From Chitinophaga sp. HK235 (GTDB lineage: Bacteria > Bacteroidota > Bacteroidia > Chitinophagales > Chitinophagaceae), in NCBI RefSeq assembly GCF_018255755.1, contig NZ_CP073766.1, forward strand, positions 4,720,932-4,744,931: 24,000 nt of DNA. The letters are read 5' to 3'. The position numbers and the translations under genes were made by a program. Position 1 is the stretch's first letter; each line of letters starts with the position of its first letter. Positions 8,743 to 16,198 of this stretch are shown here, piece by piece. The notes below the pieces were generated by a model, which was not told the origin of the DNA, ran no database searches, and worked only from the letters and a program-made list of their open reading frames with translations.

Positions 8743-9621
8743 TCAGGAAATATTTTTCCGAAATTCTTCCGGGGTCATCCCTTCATATTTTTTGAAGAAC
8801 TTCGTGAAGTAGGAATTGTCAGCAAAGTTCAGCTGATAGGCAATGGTAGCAATGCTTGTATCAGCGTTTATCAACAGTCTTTTTGCCTCCAGGATCACCC
8901 GGTCGCGGATAATTTCACCAGCCGATTTTCCCAGCATATGACGGCAGAAAGCATTAAGATAATTCGGTGTCACGTACAACATTGCTGCATATTCTTTAGG
9001 CAACCGCATCTGCATATAATGCTGTTCCACCAGTTTGCGGAAATTACTCAGCAATACATAGTTGTACGGTGGCTCTTGCCTGGTATCACTTTTCCGGGTT
9101 ACCCGGCTTACTTTCACAAACATTTCCAGCAGCAGCAATCTCAACATATCATAGCTGTAGGCTTCTGTAGCTTCTATCTCCAGCAACATCTTTTCAAACA
9201 ACACTTCTACCGCTGCGCTGGCTTCCGCGGGCAGCATCACCACCCCTTCCGCGCTTGCACCGCTGAAGAACGGGAAACGTTCTACATATCCCGCGTCCTG
9301 CAGAAAAGAATTGAAAAAGCTGGCAGCCACATTCACGACATAACCTTCTACCTGTCCTTCAAAAAACCAGCTGTGTACCTGACCGGGTATCATAAAATAC
9401 AGCTGACCCGCTTGCACCGGAAAACGCTCAAAATCTATCGTATGAGCACCTTTCCCTTTTGTAAAAAATGCCAGGTGGTAAAAGGAGTGCCGGTGGGGAA
9501 ACCTGATATCCTTATGTGCAGCCAGGTAATCAGTAAATCGTGCTACCTGGATGTTCTCAGAAGCCGGTTTTCCCATTCCCAGCGTACAGATGTCATATGT
9601 ATGGATATGTGCCTTTGACAT
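8743..9621 (-). CDS. AraC family transcriptional regulator (N-terminal cupin, C-terminal HTH)
   Basis: 292-aa ORF with an AraC_binding-like cupin N-terminus (HRHSFYHLAFFTKGKGAHTIDFERFPVQAGQLYFMIPGQVHSW) and a C-terminal AraC HTH (IATIAYQLNFADNSYFTKFFKKYEGMTPEEFR). It lies 18 nt upstream of the DUF983 gene. Confidence 0.9.
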   Translation of the reverse strand: MSKAHIHTYDICTLGMGKPASENIQVARFTDYLAAHKDIRFPHRHSFYHLAFFTKGKGAHTIDFERFPVQAGQLYFMIPGQVHSWFFEGQVEGYVVNVAASFFNSFLQDAGYVERFPFFSGASAEGVVMLPAEASAAVEVLFEKMLLEIEATEAYSYDMLRLLLLEMFVKVSRVTRKSDTRQEPPYNYVLLSNFRKLVEQHYMQMRLPKEYAAMLYVTPNYLNAFCRHMLGKSAGEIIRDRVILEAKRLLINADTSIATIAYQLNFADNSYFTKFFKKYEGMTPEEFRKNIS

Positions 9622-9628
9622 GATATTG

Positions 9629-9636
9629 CAAAGGTA
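9629..9636 (-). promoter_or_regulatory. -7 promoter box TACCTTTG (minus strand) for the AraC(cupin) gene, implying a leaderless or near-leaderless mRNA
   Basis: The minus strand reads TACCTTTGcaatatcATG. This is an exact TAnnTTTG match, with only 7 nt between the box and the start codon at 9621. Confidence 0.4.
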
Positions 9637-9695
9637 CGGGGCGGTATGGGAAGTTGATTGTGTTAAATGGTGCTTGAATGGTACTTTTCAACTAT

Positions 9696-9842
9696 AACTG
9701 TGATTTATGTGATTTTGCTGATGCTTCTGATGATAAAAGCGAAGAACCCATTAGCAATAATGCCAATGGGTTCTTCGCTTTTATTAATCAATACTATTCT
9801 TCGCTCATCAGGAGCATCAGAAAAATCACATAAATCACAGTT
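9696..9842. repeat. Nested inverted repeat: 38-nt outer arms enclosing a perfect 18-bp hairpin
   Basis: The outer arms at 9696-9733 and 9805-9842 are complementary at 36/38 positions. Each arm carries TGAT (or ATCA) at a 9-nt period, at 9701, 9710, 9719 and 9728. The inner hairpin lies at 9735-9782. Confidence 0.85.
9735..9782 (-). terminator. Probable (bidirectional-shaped) intrinsic terminator of the S9 peptidase gene
   Basis: AAAAGCGAAGAACCCATT (9735-9752) forms a perfect 18-bp stem with AATGGGTTCTTCGCTTTT (9765-9782), with a 12-nt loop. The A4 and T4 runs are part of the stem ends. Confidence 0.55.
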
Positions 9843-9843
9843 G

Positions 9844-12240
9844 TTATTGCTTAACGTACTTCGTCAGCCAGTTATCCATTTCCCACAGCATATGCAGGAT
9901 ACTTTCCTTAGCAGCATAACCGTGACTTTCCTGCGGGAGGAATACCAGTCTGGCTGTACCACCGTTGCCTTTGATAGCATTGTACAGCCTTTCGCTCTGG
10001 ATGGGGAAAGTACCGGAGTTGTTGTCGGCTTCACCATGGATGAGCAGGATCGGTGTTTTGATCTTGTCTGCATAAGAGAAGGGCGCCATTTTGTAGTATA
10101 CGTCGGGCGCCTGCCAGTAGGTACGTTGTTCGTTCTGGAAGCCGAATGGTGTGAGGGTACGGTTGTAGGCTCCGCTACGCGCGATACCGGCTTTGAACAG
10201 GTTGGTATGTGACAGCAGGTTGGCGGTCATAAATGCACCATAGGAGTGACCACCTACAGCGATGCGATTTTTATCACCGATGCCCATGCCGGTGATTTTT
10301 TCCACGGCAGCCTCAGCATTCATCACGAGTTGGTCCACAAAGGTATCGTTGGGTTCTTTATCCCCTTCACCAACGATAGGCATTTCGGTGGCGTCCATCA
10401 CGGCAAAACCGCGGGTTACCCAGAAGATGGGCGAGCCATAGGTCACACGGGTGAACTTATATGCAGAACCCCTTACCTGGGCTGCATCGCTGGCAGATTT
10501 GTACTCACGCGGATACGCCCACATCAGCACCGGCAGACGGCCATCTTTAGCAGGATCGTAGCCTTTGGGCAGGTACAGCATAGCTGTGAGATCTACACCA
10601 TCTTTACGTTTGTATTTGAGCAGTTGTTTCTGCACACCTTGCAGCTGTGGCTGCGGATGCGGGAAAGCGGTCAGTGCTGTGCCTGTTTTTTTCTTTCCAC
10701 CTTCCAGGTAGTAGTTTACCGGCGTGGTAGCAGATTCGCGGGCCACCACAAAGATTAGTTTAGCCGGGTCTATCACCTGCGCCACCTGTTCATAATACGG
10801 AGCTTTGGAGCGCCATACGATGGTTTGTTTGCTGTTTTTCAGGCTGAAAGCAGACAGGAACGGGCGGTCGCCTTCCGGAGAAGCACCGGGTGCTGTCATC
10901 AGCAGTTCATTGGCCGGAGAAATATATAATACAGATCTGTCATATTGATTTTTTACCATTACCGGATCTCCGGGATCGTTGTAGCGGTCATTCTCAGAGC
11001 GGTCGATGACAGTCACTGGTTTTTGTTCCGGATGAGACGGATCGATACGGCTTACCTTAACAGTTTGTTTGGAGCTGTTGCCTTCTGATACCAGAGCAAG
11101 CTGTTGATTACCCCAGTTGATGCCGCTGAAGCGGTCCACTGTTTTCACCAGTTCGGCAGGTGTACCGGAGAATGGAGCTTCCAGTGTGTTCACCACATCA
11201 CGGAAAGGCACTTCTTTTTTAGGATCACCGCCGTCGAGGGCCTGTACCCAGTACACTGTAGCAGGAGCATCGTTGCGCCATGCATAACTGCGGGGATAGT
11301 TGCTGGTAGCATCAAAGCCTTTAGGCCTTACTTCATCCAGCGGATTTTTGGAGAGCAGTTTGATATTTTCTCCTTTCAGATTCCAGATGCTGGTTTCTGT
11401 AGGGAAACGACCAGCGCCTACCAGGTAAGAGTAAGGACGGCTCAGTTGCTTTACCAGCAGATATTGTTTGTCTGGTGAAGGGCTGATACTCGCATAGACG
11501 CCGGGTTTGCCGATCACTGTTTCACCGGCAGCACTGATGATCACTGGTTCAGACTGGAAATAATAGTCGAACAGTTTTTCATCATAGGGATTTTTCAGCA
11601 TGTCCTGGAAGGTAGCTGCAGGAGCGGCTTTACCGGAAGTCTGCTGTACAGTAGGACCTTCAGGTGCCAGTGGTTTTTCCGGGGCAGCACTGATGGCGGA
11701 TGGTACAGACAGCACGAGGATGCGGTCTTCATCGATCCAGCGGAAAGCGCCATCAAACGTGTCGTTGAGGCGGCGGGCACTCATTTGTTTGGCCACGCCG
11801 GTGGTTACGTCAGCTTTCCACAGGGTGATGCTGTTGTTGGTGGTCACGGTGAAGGCTATACTTTTCTTCAGGGGTGACCAGGTTACGTTGGCGATGCGTG
11901 CATTGGCAGGCAGGCCGGTTACGGCTTGCTCTTTCAGGTTGTTGACATCTTTGATACGGATACCGGTTACATAGCTGGCACGGCTCGGGCCGAAGTTGGC
12001 CGGGTTGATACGGAGGCCGGCAAGGCGATATTCCGGCTGTGACAGTTCCTCAATAGTAGGAAAGCCGGTACGGTCCATAATCAGCATCAGATCGCCCTTG
12101 CTGCTGAAGGTTACTGAAGGCGATGGCGCAGCCATAGCCAGTTCCATAATACTCTGAGCAGGCGTCTGATATTTCAGCGCATCCTGTGCATAGGCACGGA
12201 AGGTGATGAACACCGATAGTGTTAGTACTAGTTTTCTCAT
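9844..12240 (-). CDS. Secreted S9 family serine peptidase (prolyl oligopeptidase / acylaminoacyl-peptidase-like; beta-propeller plus alpha/beta hydrolase)
   Basis: The catalytic triad motifs are present: GGHSYGAFM (Ser), HGEADNN (Asp) and ESHGY (His). A long N-terminal propeller-like region precedes them. I prefer the start at M16 (nt 12240), which gives the signal peptide MRKLVLTLSVFITFRAYAQ. The ORF track extends to 12285. Confidence 0.9.
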   Translation of the reverse strand: MRKLVLTLSVFITFRAYAQDALKYQTPAQSIMELAMAAPSPSVTFSSKGDLMLIMDRTGFPTIEELSQPEYRLAGLRINPANFGPSRASYVTGIRIKDVNNLKEQAVTGLPANARIANVTWSPLKKSIAFTVTTNNSITLWKADVTTGVAKQMSARRLNDTFDGAFRWIDEDRILVLSVPSAISAAPEKPLAPEGPTVQQTSGKAAPAATFQDMLKNPYDEKLFDYYFQSEPVIISAAGETVIGKPGVYASISPSPDKQYLLVKQLSRPYSYLVGAGRFPTETSIWNLKGENIKLLSKNPLDEVRPKGFDATSNYPRSYAWRNDAPATVYWVQALDGGDPKKEVPFRDVVNTLEAPFSGTPAELVKTVDRFSGINWGNQQLALVSEGNSSKQTVKVSRIDPSHPEQKPVTVIDRSENDRYNDPGDPVMVKNQYDRSVLYISPANELLMTAPGASPEGDRPFLSAFSLKNSKQTIVWRSKAPYYEQVAQVIDPAKLIFVVARESATTPVNYYLEGGKKKTGTALTAFPHPQPQLQGVQKQLLKYKRKDGVDLTAMLYLPKGYDPAKDGRLPVLMWAYPREYKSASDAAQVRGSAYKFTRVTYGSPIFWVTRGFAVMDATEMPIVGEGDKEPNDTFVDQLVMNAEAAVEKITGMGIGDKNRIAVGGHSYGAFMTANLLSHTNLFKAGIARSGAYNRTLTPFGFQNEQRTYWQAPDVYYKMAPFSYADKIKTPILLIHGEADNNSGTFPIQSERLYNAIKGNGGTARLVFLPQESHGYAAKESILHMLWEMDNWLTKYVKQ

Positions 12241-12362
12241 AAAGCAGTTAGATTCTGAAAAATGAATCCGGCCAAAATAGTACATTAATTTGGTTATCGG
12301 AAGCGGGTTATATGAGTGGTCAAATGTACTGGCCGGCCTTTCGGGCTGTTATCCGTAACCGG

Positions 12363-13049
12363 TTACCGTTTCAGTGTCCCAAATAAACGGTCCCAGATGG
12401 TAGTGTAAAAGCCGAAGTTATAGTCTTCATGCCGGTGATGATCATGATGAAACGTAGACGTACCCAGGTATTTAACCAACGGCCACTGCCTTACTTTTTC
12501 GGGCATAGGCTCCACACCCAGATGGCCGGTCATACCAAATATCACATTGGCAATGTGGTATATAAGAAGACCGTAGATATTGGAGTTGAACGGTAAAAGC
12601 ACTATCAGTAATAAAGCGCCGAAGCTGATGGTTTCGAGCGGATGCAACACAAAAAGGTCGATGGGTACCGGATCGATCGCTTCGTGGTGCAGGCGATGCA
12701 GCGGACGGTATAGAAAGGTTTTGTGGATGATATAATGGAAACCATACATCAGCAGGTCCATGGCCAGAAAATAAGCCAGTGCGTCTGTGAGGATGCGCCA
12801 GGATATGGCTGCGTTGATACGGATATAACCATGTTTCCACAAGAGGAATCCGGTAAAGGTGACGAGCGCATTGAGCAGGGTGGTGAGCAGACAGGTACGC
12901 CATTGCTGCCGGCTGTAGTTGAATATTTCTTTACGGGGACGGCGTAGCAGGATATTGCCCCATACCAGTACTATTAGCACGATCAGTGCATTTTCTGCCA
13001 GGAAAAATATCCACAGCAGCCAGGAAGGCCATTCGTACAAAACATTCAT
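12363..13049 (-). CDS. Fatty acid hydroxylase / sterol desaturase family membrane protein
   Basis: 228-aa ORF with several TM segments and the three His boxes of the family: HYIIH, HRLHH and HHDHHRH. Confidence 0.85.
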   Translation of the reverse strand: MNVLYEWPSWLLWIFFLAENALIVLIVLVWGNILLRRPRKEIFNYSRQQWRTCLLTTLLNALVTFTGFLLWKHGYIRINAAISWRILTDALAYFLAMDLLMYGFHYIIHKTFLYRPLHRLHHEAIDPVPIDLFVLHPLETISFGALLLIVLLPFNSNIYGLLIYHIANVIFGMTGHLGVEPMPEKVRQWPLVKYLGTSTFHHDHHRHEDYNFGFYTTIWDRLFGTLKR

Positions 13050-13150
13050 GGGTTATTCGGGATTTTACCGGTATCTCACGGCATCAATATTAGCATCAAA
13101 TCTCAACATCAAAAAATCAGTGATGGTAGAAAAATTTCAAAATCTTTCCT

Positions 13151-13158
13151 TACCTTTG
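13151..13158 (+). promoter_or_regulatory. -7 promoter box TACCTTTG for the GntR-family gene
   Basis: Exact TAnnTTTG match, 15 nt upstream of the ATG at 13174. The candidate operator immediately follows it. Confidence 0.4.
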
Positions 13159-13173
13159 TAAACATCTGATGAT
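13159..13173 (+). promoter_or_regulatory. Candidate GntR/FadR-type operator, site 1 (TAAACATCTGATGAT)
   Basis: The core CATCTGATG is palindromic. The site sits between the -7 box and the start codon of the regulator gene. A near-identical 15-mer recurs at 13860-13874. Confidence 0.45.
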
Positions 13174-13845
13174 ATGATGATAACACCGCAACCTTTAAAA
13201 CGTCAAAGTCTGGCTGAAGAAGTAGCCGCCAGATTGCAGGAACTGATCCTAACGGGTAAGTATACCACAGGACAGCAGTTGCCTACAGAACCTGAGCTGA
13301 TGCAGCAGTTTGGCGTAGGTCGTTCCAGCGTGCGCGAAGCGGTGAAATGCCTGGCCAACAGAGGGCTGGTACGGGTACAACAGGGTGTAGGTACTTTTGT
13401 GATATCACAGATCGGTGTGGGAGAACCTTTCTCCCAGCGCTTGCAGCGGGCAGATTTTGAAGAACTGAACGAAGTACGGCTTTTACTGGAAGTAAAAATA
13501 GCGGAAAGGGCTGCCATACATCGGACCAATAAAGATATTGAGAAGATGAAAGGCTTTCTGAAAAAGCGGTTCACACATGCTACCGCCAACGAGCTGGAGG
13601 CCTGCATGCAGGCAGACATCAACTTCCATACAGCTATTGCGGAAGCGTCCAAAAATGAAATCATGCTGGATCTTTACAAGACCGTGGCCACCCACCTGAA
13701 AGAATCCTTCATCCTGCGCTACGGCAATACGGATTCTTTTATTGAGTCACAGTCACTCCATGATGCATTGCTGCAAAGCATTGTTGACAAGGATCCGTCA
13801 AAAGCGCTGCACTGGGCAACGAAGATCAGTAGTCATATCAAATAA
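13174..13845 (+). CDS. GntR family transcriptional regulator, FadR subfamily (wHTH plus FCD domain)
   Basis: 223-aa ORF with an N-terminal GntR wHTH (LPTEPELMQQFGVGRSSVREAVKCLANRGLVRVQQGVGTFV) and an all-helical C-terminal FCD-like domain with conserved His residues (DINFHTAIAEAS). Confidence 0.9.
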   Translation: MMITPQPLKRQSLAEEVAARLQELILTGKYTTGQQLPTEPELMQQFGVGRSSVREAVKCLANRGLVRVQQGVGTFVISQIGVGEPFSQRLQRADFEELNEVRLLLEVKIAERAAIHRTNKDIEKMKGFLKKRFTHATANELEACMQADINFHTAIAEASKNEIMLDLYKTVATHLKESFILRYGNTDSFIESQSLHDALLQSIVDKDPSKALHWATKISSHIK

Positions 13846-13859
13846 ATTTTTTTTATCCT

Positions 13860-13874
13860 TAAACATCAGATGAT
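13860..13874 (+). promoter_or_regulatory. Candidate GntR/FadR-type operator, site 2 (TAAACATCAGATGAT)
   Basis: Matches site 1 at 14/15 positions, differing only at the central base of the palindrome. It lies 22 nt upstream of the MFS start codon. CCTTAAAC is also repeated at 13857 and 13879. Confidence 0.45.
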
Positions 13875-13896
13875 CTGACCTTAAACGAGTTTAACC

Positions 13897-15123
13897 ATGG
13901 CAACACTCACCCAACAAGCGCCCCAAAAGGTAGCGCAACAAGCTGCCCAGCAGACCGTTTTTTCCATTCTGATAGCACTCAGCTTCACCCACTTCCTGAA
14001 TGACACCCTGCAATCTCTGATACCAGCCATGTATCCGCTGGTAAGGGAATCGCTTAACCTGAACTTTACACAGGTAGGGCTGATTACGCTGACCTTCCAG
14101 ATGTCGGCTTCTATTCTGCAGCCGCTGGTAGGTATGTACACCGACAAAAGGCCACAGCCTTTCTCGCTTGCAATAGGTATGGCCTTCACGCTGATAGGAC
14201 TGGTAAGTCTGTCTTTTGCCCATTCCCTGCCTATGGTACTGGTATCAGTAGCGCTGATAGGCATTGGTTCTTCTGTATTTCATCCAGAAGCCTCCCGTAT
14301 GGCGCGTATGGCATCCGGTGGAAAACATGGTATGGCACAGTCCCTGTTTCAGCTGGGCGGCAATGCCGGCAGTTCCCTGGGCCCTTTGCTGGCGGCGATG
14401 ATCATTGTACCATTGGGGCAGTTCCATATTATCTGGTTTTCCCTGGTGGCCCTGCTGGCTATCGGTGTGATGATCTATCTGGGTAAATGGTATAAAGTCA
14501 ATACGCACCGGGCCAAACCCAAGGCCATGAAGCTTCCGGGTCAACAGCAACAGCTGCCTGCCACCACGGTAGTGATATCACTGAGCATACTGCTGATACT
14601 GATCTTCTCCAAATACTTCTACATGGCCAGCATGACCAGTTATTATACCTTTTATCTGATGGACCGTTTCGGCATTTCTGTACAAAGTTCACAGGTATAT
14701 CTGTTCATCTTCCTGTTTTCCGTAGCCGCGGGCACCTTTATCGGTGGTCCGGTAGGCGACCGTATCGGGCGTAAATATGTGATCTGGATATCCATACTGG
14801 GCGTGGCGCCGTTTTCCTTGTTGTTGCCACATGCCAATCTGTTCTGGACTGCGGTGCTGAGTGTATTCATTGGCGTTATACTGTCTTCTGCATTTTCTGC
14901 CATCCTGGTATATGCGCAGGAACTGCTACCGGGCAAAGAAGGCATGATAGCCGGACTTTTCTTTGGACTGGCCTTTGGTATGGGTGGTATTGGCTCTGCC
15001 CTGCTGGGCAAGCTGGCAGATGCCACCAGCATACAGTATGTTTACCAGATCTGTGCTTATCTGCCGTTAATAGGACTCCTCACCGGGTTCCTGCCAAATC
15101 TGGAAAAACAGCAGCATAAATAA
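13897..15123 (+). CDS. MFS transporter, Fsr (fosmidomycin-resistance)-like
   Basis: 408-aa ORF with 12 predicted TM segments. The N-terminal motif FTHFLNDTLQSLIPAMYPLV is characteristic of the Fsr subfamily, from memory. Confidence 0.8.
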   Translation: MATLTQQAPQKVAQQAAQQTVFSILIALSFTHFLNDTLQSLIPAMYPLVRESLNLNFTQVGLITLTFQMSASILQPLVGMYTDKRPQPFSLAIGMAFTLIGLVSLSFAHSLPMVLVSVALIGIGSSVFHPEASRMARMASGGKHGMAQSLFQLGGNAGSSLGPLLAAMIIVPLGQFHIIWFSLVALLAIGVMIYLGKWYKVNTHRAKPKAMKLPGQQQQLPATTVVISLSILLILIFSKYFYMASMTSYYTFYLMDRFGISVQSSQVYLFIFLFSVAAGTFIGGPVGDRIGRKYVIWISILGVAPFSLLLPHANLFWTAVLSVFIGVILSSAFSAILVYAQELLPGKEGMIAGLFFGLAFGMGGIGSALLGKLADATSIQYVYQICAYLPLIGLLTGFLPNLEKQQHK

Positions 15124-15140
15124 TTTTGTTCTTTATCAGT

Positions 15141-15202
15141 ACAAAGGGCGCAGGGCTCGCAAAGATTTACCAGACTTTGCGTACTTTGCGCCCCTTGTTT
15201 TT
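15141..15202 (+). terminator. Long interrupted hairpin plus T-run; probable terminator after the MFS gene
   Basis: The outer stem is 15141-15154 with 15185-15198 (11 Watson-Crick pairs, one mismatch, two G-U pairs). The inner stem is CGCAAAG (15158-15164) with CTTTGCG (15175-15181). It ends in TTTTT (15198-15202). Confidence 0.55.
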
Positions 15203-15228
15203 GGGAGAAATAAAAAACAATTATCAAC

Positions 15229-16134
15229 ATGTGGAAAGGAATTCTGCTGGTGCTTACAGGTGCCATCAGCTTTGGAATATTATCAACGATCGTCAAACTG
15301 GGCTACCACGAAGGCTTTACCCTCGGCGAGCTGTGCAGCATACAGGCTGGCTTCGGGATGCTGGCATTATGGGGTATTCATCTGTTATCCGGTCGTACCA
15401 CTTACGGACTTAAAAACAAAGATGTCCGGACTTGCTTTATCCTGGGAAGTTCAACCGGATTGGTGAGCATCACATATTATCAAAGCGTACAATATATCCC
15501 TGCCAGTATTGCTATTATTCTGCTGATGCAGTTTACCTGGATGAGTATGCTGGCCGAATGGCTGATTTATAAAAAGCGACCCAGTGCCATACAATGGGTG
15601 GCCGTAGCCTTTATTCTGACCGGCACCCTGCTGGCGGGCGGGGTATTCAACAGCAGCGGGCTTAACCTCGACTGGAGGGGCATTGGCTTTGGTGTGCTGG
15701 CAGCCATTTTTTACACCACCTTTATTGTGGTGAGTGGCCGGGTGGGCCAGTCACTTACGCCAGTGCTGAAAAGCGCCTGGATTGTAACAGGCGCCTTCCT
15801 GCTCATCACCCTGATATTCCCTCCTACCTACCTGTGGAACGGACGTTTGACCGCGCCGCCACTCTGGCTGTGGGGGCTGCCGCTGGCTACCTTCGGCACC
15901 GTACTGCCGCCTTTCCTGTTTTCCAAAGGAATGCCTCAGACAGGAGTGGCCCTGGGTGCCATTCTCAGTGCCGCTGAATTACCGGTGGCCACCATTGCCG
16001 CTACCATTGTCCTGCACGAACAGGTAACACCCCTGCAGATAGCCGGGGTACTGATTATCCTGTCAGCCATTGTAGCGGCCAATCTGAAAAAACGGAAAGC
16101 GGCCCTGGCCAAAAGCGAAGTATTAAACCCATGA
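15229..16134 (+). CDS. EamA/DMT superfamily transporter
   Basis: 301-aa ORF, highly hydrophobic, with about 10 TM segments arranged as two EamA-like halves. Confidence 0.8.
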   Translation: MWKGILLVLTGAISFGILSTIVKLGYHEGFTLGELCSIQAGFGMLALWGIHLLSGRTTYGLKNKDVRTCFILGSSTGLVSITYYQSVQYIPASIAIILLMQFTWMSMLAEWLIYKKRPSAIQWVAVAFILTGTLLAGGVFNSSGLNLDWRGIGFGVLAAIFYTTFIVVSGRVGQSLTPVLKSAWIVTGAFLLITLIFPPTYLWNGRLTAPPLWLWGLPLATFGTVLPPFLFSKGMPQTGVALGAILSAAELPVATIAATIVLHEQVTPLQIAGVLIILSAIVAANLKKRKAALAKSEVLNP

Positions 16135-16198
16135 GGTGTTTTTTTTATTTATCTTTGCCCCCGCTATTAGAACCTAGTGATTTACGAACAGTTTTTTC

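Noticed and set aside
8158-9618. A 486-aa ORF on the plus strand spanning the whole AraC(cupin) and DUF983 region.
   Set aside because: It is exactly codon-aligned antisense to two minus-strand genes that have clear family signatures. In that register, antisense stops arise only from sense TTA, CTA or TCA codons, which this genome evidently avoids. The translation is low-complexity with no recognisable domain. It is a shadow ORF.
9667-10212. A 181-aa plus-strand ORF starting inside the nested inverted repeat.
   Set aside because: Its N-terminus is a translation of the AT-rich repeat arms, and the remainder is antisense to the S9 peptidase catalytic domain. It is not credible as a gene.
12355-12366. 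A perfect 12-bp palindrome, GTAACCGGTTAC, overlapping the desaturase stop codon.
   Set aside because: Perfect 6+6 palindromes are expected several times by chance in 24 kb, and there is no supporting context.
9719-13173. The hexamer CTGATG/CATCAG is shared between the nested inverted-repeat arms (two per arm) and the candidate GntR operator core, hinting at a common binding protein.
   Set aside because: A hexamer is expected about a dozen times by chance in this window on both strands, and the flanking bases do not match. It is noted only as a weak coincidence.
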